From IMG/VR virus record IMGVR_UViG_3300031774_000001: a DNA stretch of 64,000 bases. One strand, given 5' to 3'. The stretch comes from a virus. The translations under genes and the position numbers were made by a program. The notes under the pieces are model-generated. The model saw nothing but the letters and a program-made list of their open reading frames with translations. It made no database searches and was not told the origin of the DNA. Within the stretch, counting starts at the first letter, position 1; the number at the start of each line of letters is the position of its first letter. This document shows, in pieces, positions 20,620 through 29,696 of the stretch.

Positions 20620-20850
20620 ATGAAAAAACTATTAATGATTGCTACAGTATTATTTACTACAAATGCTATAGCAGAAGATAAGAAGATAACACCACAAGAG
20701 TTTGGTACAGCACTTGCTGAAACGCCAGCTAAACTTGTTAATTTTATTAGTGGTGAAGTTGATAAAACAAAAGAGTATCAAAAGAAAACTTGGTCAGAAG
20801 CAAAAACAAAGTGGCCTTGGAAACATTTATTTAAAACGGATAGTGAATAA
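20620..20850 (+). CDS. Small secreted protein
   Basis: SD AGGAG, signal peptide MKKLLMIATVLFTTNAIA. Confidence 0.75.
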   Translation: MKKLLMIATVLFTTNAIAEDKKITPQEFGTALAETPAKLVNFISGEVDKTKEYQKKTWSEAKTKWPWKHLFKTDSE

Positions 20851-21056
20851 TGATTGGTGATTTTGTTTGTACTAGTGCTAATGATGGCACACATTTATTC
20901 AGACCTGTTTCTGCTAGAGCACAAACACTTTGGCAGGAAAAAGGTTTTAATAATTATGTAATTGATAATAATGAAGATTATTACATTGTAAAGAGTGTTA
21001 ATAGTCAGAAAATATGTGATGAAATACGCAAGAATAATATGGATTTTACTAGTTAG
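20850..21056 (+). CDS. Hypothetical protein
   Basis: TAATG coupling. Confidence 0.6.
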   Translation: MIGDFVCTSANDGTHLFRPVSARAQTLWQEKGFNNYVIDNNEDYYIVKSVNSQKICDEIRKNNMDFTS

Positions 21057-21507
21057 TTTAACACTAACTAATTGTGCTAACAGGTCTCATACAGGTGCCG
21101 TGTTAGGTGCAGGTACAGGAACAACTGTATGTTTAGAATACATATCAGATAATCCTTACTTAATTGCTACGTGTGCTGTAGGGGCTGCTTTTGCAGGTGC
21201 AGAAATTTTATACAATAGTGATAAAGATGTACATAACGCTGTATTCGTAGACCATTTAAATACAAGTGGATACGGTTCAAGTTATACTAATTGGTATAAT
21301 AAACAAACAGGTAATAATGGAATTATACACATAACAAGGTCTTATATGGTTGGACCTCTTAAATGTAAAGATTATGACCATACAGTAGATATAACAAGTC
21401 AATGGCCTTTAATTGGTGTTGGTAATGTTAATAGAAAAGTTGTATTTGGAACTGCTTGTCAGTTGCCAGACGGAAGATGGATTGAAAAACCTGAAGGAGT
21501 GAATTAA
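21019..21507 (+). CDS. Lipoprotein, 17-kDa surface antigen/glycine-zipper-like
   Basis: Lipobox LTNC, GAVLGAGTG zipper, WYN..TGN.G, CKDY, GTAC...DGRW. Confidence 0.75.
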   Translation: MKYARIIWILLVSLTLTNCANRSHTGAVLGAGTGTTVCLEYISDNPYLIATCAVGAAFAGAEILYNSDKDVHNAVFVDHLNTSGYGSSYTNWYNKQTGNNGIIHITRSYMVGPLKCKDYDHTVDITSQWPLIGVGNVNRKVVFGTACQLPDGRWIEKPEGVN

Positions 21508-21508
21508 T

Positions 21509-22009
21509 ATGGATCCCAAAAATTATAAAATTTATATGTATGCAACGTTAATTATGATAACAGTATTGTTATGTATGGAAATGGCTTGGGGTTGTGTAGA
21601 TTGTGATTTAAATAAGAAAGCTTTTGATAAAAAGGCTGAAGTAATGGAGATAGAGTGGCATAATCCAGATGGAACTATTCAACGTAGTACTAAAGTTGTA
21701 GATGGTTCTGAAAAAATATTATATGATAATGTAAAACCAGTAACTAAAAATGATACTGAACAATTTTGTTATGTTAAAGTTATTATTAAACAAGAAGCAA
21801 ATGGAAACATTTCTAAAGAAGAGAAATTATATTGTTCCGATGGAAGAAGTGGTGTAGATACACCTTCTTATTGGGAACTTTTTGCCCAGTTTTACTACCG
21901 TGATGTCTATACTCCAGAGTATTGCAGATATTATAGTCGTAAAAGTCACGCTTTTAAATCGTACGGAAAAGTGTGTTTAAATGAGTACGGAGAATGGAAG
22001 GTAAAATAA
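21509..22009 (+). CDS. Secreted Cys-containing protein
   Basis: Hydrophobic N-terminus, C-terminal GKVCL...GEW. Confidence 0.65.
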   Translation: MDPKNYKIYMYATLIMITVLLCMEMAWGCVDCDLNKKAFDKKAEVMEIEWHNPDGTIQRSTKVVDGSEKILYDNVKPVTKNDTEQFCYVKVIIKQEANGNISKEEKLYCSDGRSGVDTPSYWELFAQFYYRDVYTPEYCRYYSRKSHAFKSYGKVCLNEYGEWKVK

Positions 22010-22152
22010 TGATTAAAAATATAATCATACTTACTCTCCTATTGGTTATTGTATATGGAGTTACTGCTGAACAGTTTTTGGGCTATGCTCAATCCAGCGT
22101 TGACTTATTACAAGAACTGTTATATAATGTACAAAGGAGTGTGAAAAACTAA
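22009..22152 (+). CDS. 47-aa membrane peptide
   Basis: MIKNIIILTLLLVIVYG...; TAATG coupled at both ends. Confidence 0.55.
   Translation: MIKNIIILTLLLVIVYGVTAEQFLGYAQSSVDLLQELLYNVQRSVKN
22100..22128 (+). promoter_or_regulatory. sigma70 promoter
   Basis: TTGACT-17-TATAAT, followed by SD AAGGAG. Confidence 0.8.
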
Positions 22153-22775
22153 TGAACAAATACATTAAGATTTTATCAGTTGCTGTCTTTGGTCTGTTAT
22201 TGACTAATTGTGCAGGAAATTATAAAATCAAAAGTGAAAAAGGTAAAGTAGTTAATACTGTTCCAAAATGGTATATGGCTGATTTTTCTGAAACTAAAGC
22301 TTGTGATATAGCAAGATTTGGTAAAGGTAAAGAAAAGCAATGTATATTTGGAGTTGGTACTAGCGTTTCACCAGACTTGAATCTCGCAATTGAGAAAGCT
22401 AAAATGATAGCGAAAGCTGAATTAGCAGACATTATCAAAGGGGAGATGAATAAAGAGTCGAAACAATTTATTACTGAAATTGGTAAACATAACAGTAAGA
22501 ACGTTGTTAGTGAAGTAGAATCTGTATTGGTCAATATTATTAAAGATACACCAGTTAGAGGATATGAAATATTTGAGCAAGATGTAACCCTTACAAAAAA
22601 TGGTTATTATAGAGCTTGGATAGGCTTAAGATTGCCATTAGGTGAATATAATAAAATGTTCAACTATACAATTGCTGAAGCTACAGACGCTTATAACTTA
22701 AAGTATCACGCTAATAAGTCATTTGAGAAACTTATGAAAAAAGAAGAGGTTTCAGATGGACAAGTTAGTAATTAA
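22152..22775 (+). CDS. LPP20-like lipoprotein
   Basis: Lipobox LTNC, VPKWY, G.G.S.DL.LA..KA...AKAELA. Confidence 0.7.
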   Translation: MNKYIKILSVAVFGLLLTNCAGNYKIKSEKGKVVNTVPKWYMADFSETKACDIARFGKGKEKQCIFGVGTSVSPDLNLAIEKAKMIAKAELADIIKGEMNKESKQFITEIGKHNSKNVVSEVESVLVNIIKDTPVRGYEIFEQDVTLTKNGYYRAWIGLRLPLGEYNKMFNYTIAEATDAYNLKYHANKSFEKLMKKEEVSDGQVSN

Positions 22776-23046
22776 AGATATCACAGTATATACGAAACAA
22801 AATTGTGTATACTGTGTAAAGGCAAAGGCCTTGCTAAAAGGCCTTGGTCTAACTTATACGGAAAAAAGTTTAGAAACAGATTTTAATAATGATCCTACAA
22901 AGTTAATTGAAGACATTGGTAAAAAAGTAAGAGCAATGCCTCAAATTAAAATAGAAGGTGAACTAGTCGGCGGATATAATCAACTAATAGAATATTTTAA
23001 CAATAAAGGTTTAGTAAATTTTAAAGGTGAGATTACACGTGACTAA
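22756..23046 (+). CDS. Glutaredoxin
   Basis: VYTKQNCVYCVKAK, MPQI, VGGY. Confidence 0.92.
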   Translation: MDKLVIKDITVYTKQNCVYCVKAKALLKGLGLTYTEKSLETDFNNDPTKLIEDIGKKVRAMPQIKIEGELVGGYNQLIEYFNNKGLVNFKGEITRD

Positions 23047-23536
23047 TGATAAAGATAAAAAAGGAAAGATAATTATATTTCCTGAAAACAGAATTAAAAA
23101 GAAGATAACTCATCCACAGGAATCTCCATTTACAAAACGATTAAAAGAACAACAAACTAGAGAATTTGTTGAAGGTAGTGTAGATGAAATTGGATTTGAA
23201 TTATTAAGAAAATTTAGTGATATGGGATTAAGAACTAATAAAGAAACATTTACAAAAGACCTTGCGTTAGTTATTGATTGTATAAGAGGTTTAATCTATA
23301 GAGATTTTAATATGGCACACGCAGCTCAATTAATGGCAAATAAAATGGTATCAATCAAATTTAATAGAGGTGGTAAGGCAAGTGCCGCTAGAATAGACTA
23401 TAATGATTTTATGAAGAAACCAAAAAGACCAAATGTTTTTAATAAAGAATTTAAAGAAGAGTTAAACGATTTACAAGATGGATCAGATATGTTTGAATCT
23501 GATATGGATTTAAATGGAGATGATGATAAAAAATAG
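23039..23536 (+). CDS. Hypothetical protein
   Basis: GTG start with SD AAGGTG; KIIIFP N-terminal motif. Confidence 0.65.
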   Translation: MTNDKDKKGKIIIFPENRIKKKITHPQESPFTKRLKEQQTREFVEGSVDEIGFELLRKFSDMGLRTNKETFTKDLALVIDCIRGLIYRDFNMAHAAQLMANKMVSIKFNRGGKASAARIDYNDFMKKPKRPNVFNKEFKEELNDLQDGSDMFESDMDLNGDDDKK

Positions 23537-23672
23537 TTTAATGATATTAGTAATGCTTACTTTTGTAGGTTGTGCAAAAGAAAAACCTACACTCAATTCA
23601 ATGGAGAAATTTTTTGATTGTTTAGGGGATAGTAGTAAGTGTGAGAAATTGAAGAATTCCGTGGAGGAATAG
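23520..23672 (+). CDS. 50-aa putative lipoprotein
   Basis: Lipobox FVGC, two further Cys; not in the ORF track. Confidence 0.5.
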   Translation: MMIKNSLMILVMLTFVGCAKEKPTLNSMEKFFDCLGDSSKCEKLKNSVEE

Positions 23673-23718
23673 TCCTATGCAGACTTTAAAAAGCAAAAAT
23701 AAAGGAGGAAGAAACATT

Positions 23719-24012
23719 ATGTTTTTTTCAAAAAGTAAAGTTGCAACAGCAACTAAAGGCAGAAAAAGACTGTCTAAAACTCAAAAAGTAATAAACTTAT
23801 TTGAGAAAGGTGAACCAGTTTCTTGGAAAGTTTTAAGAAACAGATACGACCTTATATCACCAAGAGCGATGGTTGACAAACTACGTTCAAAAGGTCATAT
23901 GATTTATATTAATAAATCATCTTCAGGTACATCTTATAGATTGGGTACTCCTACAAAAGCTATTATAGCTGCTGGGATAACTAAACTATACGGTACTGAC
24001 TACGCATACTAA
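23719..24012 (+). CDS. Winged helix-turn-helix DNA-binding protein
   Basis: SD AAGGAGG; SPRAMVDKLRSKGHMIY...YRLG. Confidence 0.7.
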   Translation: MFFSKSKVATATKGRKRLSKTQKVINLFEKGEPVSWKVLRNRYDLISPRAMVDKLRSKGHMIYINKSSSGTSYRLGTPTKAIIAAGITKLYGTDYAY

Positions 24013-24081
24013 TGCGTTAATTGAATCGTAACCAATACGATTGACACAGGCGACCATATATGTATAAAATTCGCCTGTGTC
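24002..24081. repeat. Three tandem inverted repeats (last one an 11-bp perfect stem)
   Basis: ACGCAT/ATGCGT, AATCGTA/TACGATT, GACACAGGCGA/TCGCCTGTGTC. Confidence 0.75.
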
Positions 24082-24096
24082 TTAATAAAAGGAATT

Positions 24097-24432
24097 ATGA
24101 AAGAAGAAAAATTTATAAAATTAAACGATAAAATAAAAGCATTAAATTCAACAAGAGTATTTAAAAAGATTACACCTAAAGGTGATTTATCTTGGTATAT
24201 AAAATGGGTAGCAAGTTTAATGTTAATGATTGCAGTTTGCTTTAGAGCAGCTGACTTTAATCATATGTTTGATTTGTATTTTAGTTTTATGGGAACAACT
24301 GGTTGGTTAGTAGTAGGATTTTTATGGCACGATAGAGCATTAATATTCTTAAATGCTGTATTATCAACAGTATTATTAATAGGTATATTAAAAGAATTAA
24401 CAACTTGTTCCACTTGTATGATACCATTATAA
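24097..24432 (+). CDS. Small multi-TM membrane protein
   Basis: WYIKWVAS, GWLVVGFLWHDRALIFLN. Confidence 0.75.
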   Translation: MKEEKFIKLNDKIKALNSTRVFKKITPKGDLSWYIKWVASLMLMIAVCFRAADFNHMFDLYFSFMGTTGWLVVGFLWHDRALIFLNAVLSTVLLIGILKELTTCSTCMIPL

Positions 24433-24433
24433 T

Positions 24434-25318
24434 ATGAAAACAACTGATTTAACTCCAGTAGAAATTCACAATAAAATATATTATAAAAGGGATGATTATT
24501 ATGCTCCCTATGGTAGAGATAATGTTAATGGTGGTAAGACAAGACAGGCAATTTGTTTGTTTGAAGAAGTAAAAGATGATATTGTAAAAAACCACAATGG
24601 TGGTGTAATAACAGGTTCATCTGTACATAGTCCACAAGCACCAATTATAGCTGCCGTTGCTCAAGACTTTGGTTTTAAATGTATTATAGGTGTAGGTGGT
24701 ACAAAACCTAATACAATAGATAATCACCATATGATAAGATTATCAAGACACTATGGTGCTGATATTGAAAACGTTGCAGGTCACGGTATGACTTCAGCGA
24801 TAGACGCTAATATTAAAAGAAAATTAATATCTAAAAATGGTTATATGTTAATCAAGTTTGGTAATAGTGCTGCTACGAATCCAGAATCAATATTTGATAG
24901 TGTTGCTAATCAAGTTAAAAACATACCTGATAAGTTAGACAATATAGTAATTGCAGTAGGTAGTGGTATACAGTTTGCAGGTATAGTAAAAGGTATAGAG
25001 AAGTTTAAGAAAAAGGTAAAAAGAATTATAGGGGTCACCTTTGTTGACCGTAGTAAAAAGATTAATGAGTATTTAAATCAATTTAGTAATCTTGAATCAG
25101 GATTTAAGAAGTATCAAGATTATGAAATGTACAAAACAACTTTACCATACGCAAAACCAGTATGGGAAGATGTGGGTAATGGCTTTATTGACGATATATA
25201 CGAAGGTAAAGCACATAAATGGATGAGAGAGAATATAGATACTACAAAAGAAAAGACGCTATTTTGGAGTATAGGGAGAAGATTAACAGCGGAACAGGTA
25301 GATAAGTTATATAAATAG
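24434..25318 (+). CDS. PLP-dependent fold-II enzyme (ACC deaminase/D-cysteine desulfhydrase-like)
   Basis: TPVE, KRDD, GGKTR (PLP Lys), VIAVGSG. Confidence 0.8.
   Translation: MKTTDLTPVEIHNKIYYKRDDYYAPYGRDNVNGGKTRQAICLFEEVKDDIVKNHNGGVITGSSVHSPQAPIIAAVAQDFGFKCIIGVGGTKPNTIDNHHMIRLSRHYGADIENVAGHGMTSAIDANIKRKLISKNGYMLIKFGNSAATNPESIFDSVANQVKNIPDKLDNIVIAVGSGIQFAGIVKGIEKFKKKVKRIIGVTFVDRSKKINEYLNQFSNLESGFKKYQDYEMYKTTLPYAKPVWEDVGNGFIDDIYEGKAHKWMRENIDTTKEKTLFWSIGRRLTAEQVDKLYK
25310..25317 (+). promoter_or_regulatory. T4-type late promoter
   Basis: TATAAATA at gene boundary. Confidence 0.7.
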
Positions 25319-25352
25319 ATATAATGATTAATATTAAAAATTGGAGTATAAA

Positions 25353-25877
25353 ATGGCAGAAGAACCAAAACAACATCCATCATTAATGAGTAAGTCTTCT
25401 ATGCAAGCAATGTCAGCTACGGCTGGTTCAGGTGACTTGTTATTTTCAGAAGTCTTAACTAAAGTAAATAACGCAAAAGATAAAGCTAAAAAGATAGAGG
25501 TCTTAAAAAGATACGACCATCCATCTTTAAGAATGCTTTTAAAAGGATCGTTTGATCCTAGCATTGAGTGGGAATTACCAGAAGGTACACCACCTTTTAT
25601 GGAAAATCCAGCACCGAAAGGTACTGAGCATACAATCCTTAAAACTGAAGCAAAACGTTTGTGGCATTTTATTAAAGGCGCAGATACTAAAACTACAAAA
25701 ACTCAAAAAGAAACTTTGTTTATCCAAATGTTAGAAGGATTACATAGTGATGAAGCAAGACTCTTGCTTAATGTAAAAGATAAAACTTTACATAGAGCAT
25801 ATAAAGGGTTAAGTGATTCTGTAGTAAAAGAATCTTTCGGATGGAACGAATTGTATCAAAAATTAGAACAAAAATAG
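25353..25877 (+). CDS. Conserved T4-like phage protein
   Basis: FDPSIEWELPEG.PP, FIQMLEGLH..EA.LL; late promoter. Confidence 0.75.
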   Translation: MAEEPKQHPSLMSKSSMQAMSATAGSGDLLFSEVLTKVNNAKDKAKKIEVLKRYDHPSLRMLLKGSFDPSIEWELPEGTPPFMENPAPKGTEHTILKTEAKRLWHFIKGADTKTTKTQKETLFIQMLEGLHSDEARLLLNVKDKTLHRAYKGLSDSVVKESFGWNELYQKLEQK

Positions 25878-25950
25878 AACACTTTGTTAAAAAACCCTTA
25901 TAAAACAAGGGTTATTTGTGCTTGACTTTCCTTGTGGATTTGTGTATAAT
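25866..25950 (+). promoter_or_regulatory. GAAC-N7-GAAC box plus sigma70 promoter
   Basis: GAACAAAAATAGAAC 25866-25880; TTGACT 25922-25927, 17 bp, TATAAT 25945-25950. Confidence 0.85.
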
Positions 25951-25990
25951 AAACACATATAAACAATAAATATTAGGAGAGAAATATATT

Positions 25991-26320
25991 ATGAAAAAAG
26001 TGATGTTTATTATATTATTGAATTTAGCCCTATGGTTTGGATTAACAAGTCTATCCAATGTAGCTAATGCAAATGATTATAACAAAGCAGTTATTGGCCA
26101 CGTTATCAAATCAAGTATTGATAAAACCAATGTAGATACAACTGCTTTAATGGAGCAAGAACTACATAGGTTAGTATACGTTATGATAAATGAGTTTAGT
26201 GGCGTATTACAATCACACCTACCAAATATACTAGAAGGTCTTGCTAGTGAAATCAGACAACAAAATGATAAAGAGTTTAAATGTGCTCTTTTAAAAGGTA
26301 GTAACTATGAGTGTAATTGA
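25991..26320 (+). CDS. Secreted hypothetical protein
   Basis: SD AGGAG, signal peptide ending ANA. Confidence 0.75.
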   Translation: MKKVMFIILLNLALWFGLTSLSNVANANDYNKAVIGHVIKSSIDKTNVDTTALMEQELHRLVYVMINEFSGVLQSHLPNILEGLASEIRQQNDKEFKCALLKGSNYECN

Positions 26321-26501
26321 AAACATAGTTAATACCTTGAACTGGATATATCAATATGTTCCTAAAGAACTATTGATTATAATTTTATCAAGTTTAGTAA
26401 TGTTTATTTTTTTAGAAATAGGAGATAGAAAAAGGAAAAAGCAATGGCTAAAAGAGTTAGAACCAAAACCAGTAAAAGGCAGAAAGTCAAAAAAAGACTA
26501 A
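26307..26501 (+). CDS. Single-TM protein
   Basis: Hydrophobic segment plus basic tail. Confidence 0.6.
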   Translation: MSVIENIVNTLNWIYQYVPKELLIIILSSLVMFIFLEIGDRKRKKQWLKELEPKPVKGRKSKKD

Positions 26502-26881
26502 AGATGGAATTGGCCGAAGTGAAAACTCGTAAGTATAAAACTACATTTAAAGATATTAAAAAGTATTTTAAACTTATTAATAAACACGTATTTGATGGTA
26601 AACTATCTCCGTTTAATGATATTAAAATTAAACAAATAAAGGATAGAGAATATCCTAGAGTGTGGGGTCAAGTTGTTATTAATGACCAAGAAAGAAAAGG
26701 AACTAGAAACTACGTATTAGAAATGATACCTAGTTATAAGAATAAAAAAGAATTTGTGGACACATTAGGACACGAAATGATACACCTGTTTCAAATGAGT
26801 AATTTAGGGGATACAGGAAATCATAATGATATGTTTTATAGCTTTAGACCTAAACTGAATGCTATAGGATTAGATATATAA
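26444..26881 (+). CDS. SprT-like zinc metalloprotease
   Basis: N..VFDGKL, TLGHEMIH, H...F. Confidence 0.8.
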   Translation: MAKRVRTKTSKRQKVKKRLKMELAEVKTRKYKTTFKDIKKYFKLINKHVFDGKLSPFNDIKIKQIKDREYPRVWGQVVINDQERKGTRNYVLEMIPSYKNKKEFVDTLGHEMIHLFQMSNLGDTGNHNDMFYSFRPKLNAIGLDI

Positions 26882-26898
26882 TAAAAAAAGGATATATT

Positions 26899-27180
26899 AT
26901 GGGTGAGGTGAGAAAGACAAAAGAACTAGACCACTATTTAAAGAGAATAATCTTAAAAGTTCCAGACAAAATTCAACAGTTTATAGATAATGCAGACGGT
27001 GAATTCTCTATGACTTATTATACTGGAGATTGGTCAAAAGACATATATGATAACTTTACTGAATTACAAGCAGAAAAGATATTTAAAAGTATGGCTAAAT
27101 TTCAAAACAAAATAAGTTTTGTTCAAAAGAAAAATCAACCATCAATCGGTGGTTATGAGTACAAAGTAGCGAGGTTTTAA
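26899..27180 (+). CDS. Hypothetical protein
   Basis: SD AAGGA. Confidence 0.65.
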   Translation: MGEVRKTKELDHYLKRIILKVPDKIQQFIDNADGEFSMTYYTGDWSKDIYDNFTELQAEKIFKSMAKFQNKISFVQKKNQPSIGGYEYKVARF

Positions 27181-27872
27181 TGAAACTGAAACCAAGTACA
27201 TCTAATTTTTTCAAAAAAGCATATTGGTGGTTTAAAGCAACATTATTAGTTGTTGCAATATCAACTATAACATATGGTATAGGAACATTTACACCTAATC
27301 CTATTGCAGTTAAACAAGCAACAGAAGAAGTTAGAATAGAACACGCTGAATGGGCAGAAAAATTAGGATTAAATGAACCTAGTTTTGAATATACAAACTC
27401 AAAAGAATTTATAATAGAACTTAACAAGTGTGTTGATTTTTTAAATTATCATACACCACCAAGTAAAAGAGTACCTATTCAAATGGTGACAGCACAAGCC
27501 GCTTTAGAGAGTGCTTGGGGTAAGAGTAGATTTGCTGTAGAAGCAAATAACTTATTTGGTATTAGAGTATTTAAAAGTACTAAAAAACATTTATTACCAC
27601 AAGGTGTTGATAAGTGGCCAGGTTGGGGTGTTAGAGTATTTGAAACAAAATGTAATAGTGTAAAAGAATACATAAGATTATTAAATGAACACCCAGCATA
27701 TAAAGAATTTAGAGAGTTAAGAGCAAAATTATTACAAGACGGTGAATTACTAGACGCAAAAGCATTAGTAAAAACTTTAGATAAGTTTTCTACTACAGAA
27801 GATTATGACCAAAGAGTTATTAATATAATGGGTAAAGTAGAAAAAGTATTAAACGATATTAAAGAGGAATAA
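27180..27872 (+). CDS. Glucosaminidase (GH73/Bax-like) with N-terminal TM anchor
   Basis: AQAALESAWGKSRFA.EANNLFGI, LN.HPAY..FR. Confidence 0.88.
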   Translation: MKLKPSTSNFFKKAYWWFKATLLVVAISTITYGIGTFTPNPIAVKQATEEVRIEHAEWAEKLGLNEPSFEYTNSKEFIIELNKCVDFLNYHTPPSKRVPIQMVTAQAALESAWGKSRFAVEANNLFGIRVFKSTKKHLLPQGVDKWPGWGVRVFETKCNSVKEYIRLLNEHPAYKEFRELRAKLLQDGELLDAKALVKTLDKFSTTEDYDQRVINIMGKVEKVLNDIKEE

Positions 27873-28927
27873 TGAGAAATTTGTTTTTCATTTTAGTAGT
27901 ACTGTTAAGTGCCATATCTATATCAGGTATAGCAGCTGCATATAGTATTATAGGACTAGCAACTCTTTTTGCTGGTGCGAAGATAGCAATTATTGCTATG
28001 GGTACTTCATTAGAAGTTGGTAAGTTAGTTGCCGCCAGTTGGTTATATCATAACTGGAAGAATCCAAATCTACCACAATCAATAAAAGGATATTTAACAA
28101 CGTCTGTTATTGTATTAGTATTTGTAACTAGTATGGGTATCTTTGGTTTTCTATCAAAGGCACACCTAGACCAAGTAAGACCTACGAGTGATAATAATGT
28201 ACAGATACAATTAATAGATAGACAGATTATACAAGAAAACGTTGTTATAGATAGAGCAGAAAATACATTAAACTTATTAGATAAAGCATTAGAGGTATAT
28301 ATAGATAAGGAATATGTTAGTAGAGGACTAAAAGAACGTAAGAAACAAAAAGAAGAAAGAGATTTTTTAAATAATGAAATAAGAGTTGCAATGGATAAGA
28401 TTGCAAAATTGACATTAGATAAAGGTAATATAGAACTAGAACAATTAAAGATAGAAGCAGATGTAGGTCCACTTAAATATGTTGCAGAATTAATATATGG
28501 TGATGAAGCAAAAGAACATTTTGATAAAGCAGTTAGATGGATTATCATTGTATTAATATTTGTATTTGATCCATTAGCAGTATTATTATTGATTGCCGCT
28601 AATATATCATTAAGAGAAAGAAAATTAGCAAATGAAGCGAAAAGTAAGAAAAAAGAAAAAGAAGTCAATTGGCAAAGGGAAGCGACTAGAGCGAAAACTA
28701 TATCGCAAGGTCTCCGAGATAAGCAAAAGTTTTACAAAACATTTTTTGCAAAACTAGGTAAGAGAGATTTAAAGAATAGAGATTATGAAGAGTTTTTTAA
28801 GAGTATGGGTACAGAAGAGTTAATGAAACTAGGTTTGGATCCAGATGAAATACGAATCAAACTAGACCAGATAATGGAATGGAATGAAAAACCAAAAAAC
28901 TATTTAGAGCCAGGAGTTAAGAAATGA
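27872..28927 (+). CDS. Membrane protein with coiled coil
   Basis: 3 N-terminal TMs (SIIGLATLF, LEVGKLV, SMGIFGFLSKAH), VGPLKY, VFDPLAV TM. Confidence 0.8.
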   Translation: MRNLFFILVVLLSAISISGIAAAYSIIGLATLFAGAKIAIIAMGTSLEVGKLVAASWLYHNWKNPNLPQSIKGYLTTSVIVLVFVTSMGIFGFLSKAHLDQVRPTSDNNVQIQLIDRQIIQENVVIDRAENTLNLLDKALEVYIDKEYVSRGLKERKKQKEERDFLNNEIRVAMDKIAKLTLDKGNIELEQLKIEADVGPLKYVAELIYGDEAKEHFDKAVRWIIIVLIFVFDPLAVLLLIAANISLRERKLANEAKSKKKEKEVNWQREATRAKTISQGLRDKQKFYKTFFAKLGKRDLKNRDYEEFFKSMGTEELMKLGLDPDEIRIKLDQIMEWNEKPKNYLEPGVKK

Positions 28928-29319
28928 AAATAATAGACTGGCATAAAGAAAGAATAGAGTGGTTTAAGAAAAAAACTGGTTGTTCTACTTATGGAGTATA
29001 TTGGATATCTTTTATTAAAGGTATTATGATTGGTGCAGTTATTATGTTATTAACAGGTTGTGGTACAGCACCTGCTTGGTTAGCAACTAGTACTGGTTCT
29101 TATTCACAATATAAGGTAACTTCACTTGTTAAAACAGGTACAGACTTGGCATTATCAGCTGCCGATTTACCTACAACTAACGATTGGGCGTTATCAAAGA
29201 TAACAGGTTATGATTGTAAAGTAACTAGAGCTATTAAAGAAGGAGTTGAGTATATTTGTAAGAACGTAGAAATACACGCCCCTACAAATACTACCATTGA
29301 CAAAGATGATAAAAAATGA
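28924..29319 (+). CDS. Putative lipoprotein
   Basis: Hydrophobic segment ending in lipobox LTGC. Confidence 0.6.
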   Translation: MKIIDWHKERIEWFKKKTGCSTYGVYWISFIKGIMIGAVIMLLTGCGTAPAWLATSTGSYSQYKVTSLVKTGTDLALSAADLPTTNDWALSKITGYDCKVTRAIKEGVEYICKNVEIHAPTNTTIDKDDKK

Positions 29320-29325
29320 TATTAT
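29297..29325 (+). promoter_or_regulatory. sigma70 promoter
   Basis: TTGACA-17-TATTAT with TG extension. Confidence 0.75.
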
Positions 29326-29332
29326 GATACTT

Positions 29333-29497
29333 ATGAATACACACTTATACGCTTGCCCTAGATGTGCTGATGTTTTAATTAAAAAAGCAGAAAAAGCATT
29401 AGATAGGTCACAAACAGAATGGTCAAAGAACTTTTGGCACGGAGTATGGCAGAAGTTAAGGGCTAAATATCAACCAGAAAAGGTAACATATCATTAA
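29333..29497 (+). CDS. Small hypothetical protein (likely leaderless)
   Basis: ATG 7 nt after the -10; CPRC; WSKNFW. Confidence 0.6.
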   Translation: MNTHLYACPRCADVLIKKAEKALDRSQTEWSKNFWHGVWQKLRAKYQPEKVTYH

Positions 29498-29691
29498 TGA
29501 AACAATTAATAATAGACGCAGTTAAACAACACGCTGAAGGTAATATTGCAAAGTCAAAAGCAAACATACAGGTATTTTTAAATAATCCTGTTGGTGTTGC
29601 AACGCATATGGATTCAGTTGAAACAGTTGTTAAAGAATTAAAAGTCATTGCAGATAATAAAGAAATTATTGAAACTCTAAAGGACATTTAA
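29497..29691 (+). CDS. Conserved small phage protein
   Basis: AEGNIAK.KANI..FL.NPVGVA.H. Confidence 0.75.
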   Translation: MKQLIIDAVKQHAEGNIAKSKANIQVFLNNPVGVATHMDSVETVVKELKVIADNKEIIETLKDI

Positions 29692-29696
29692 AATAT

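Noticed and set aside
28048-28668. 206-aa minus-strand ORF (and the many other short antisense or alternate-frame ORFs in the track)
   Set aside because: They lie wholly within well-supported + strand genes, with no SD or promoter and shadow-frame composition
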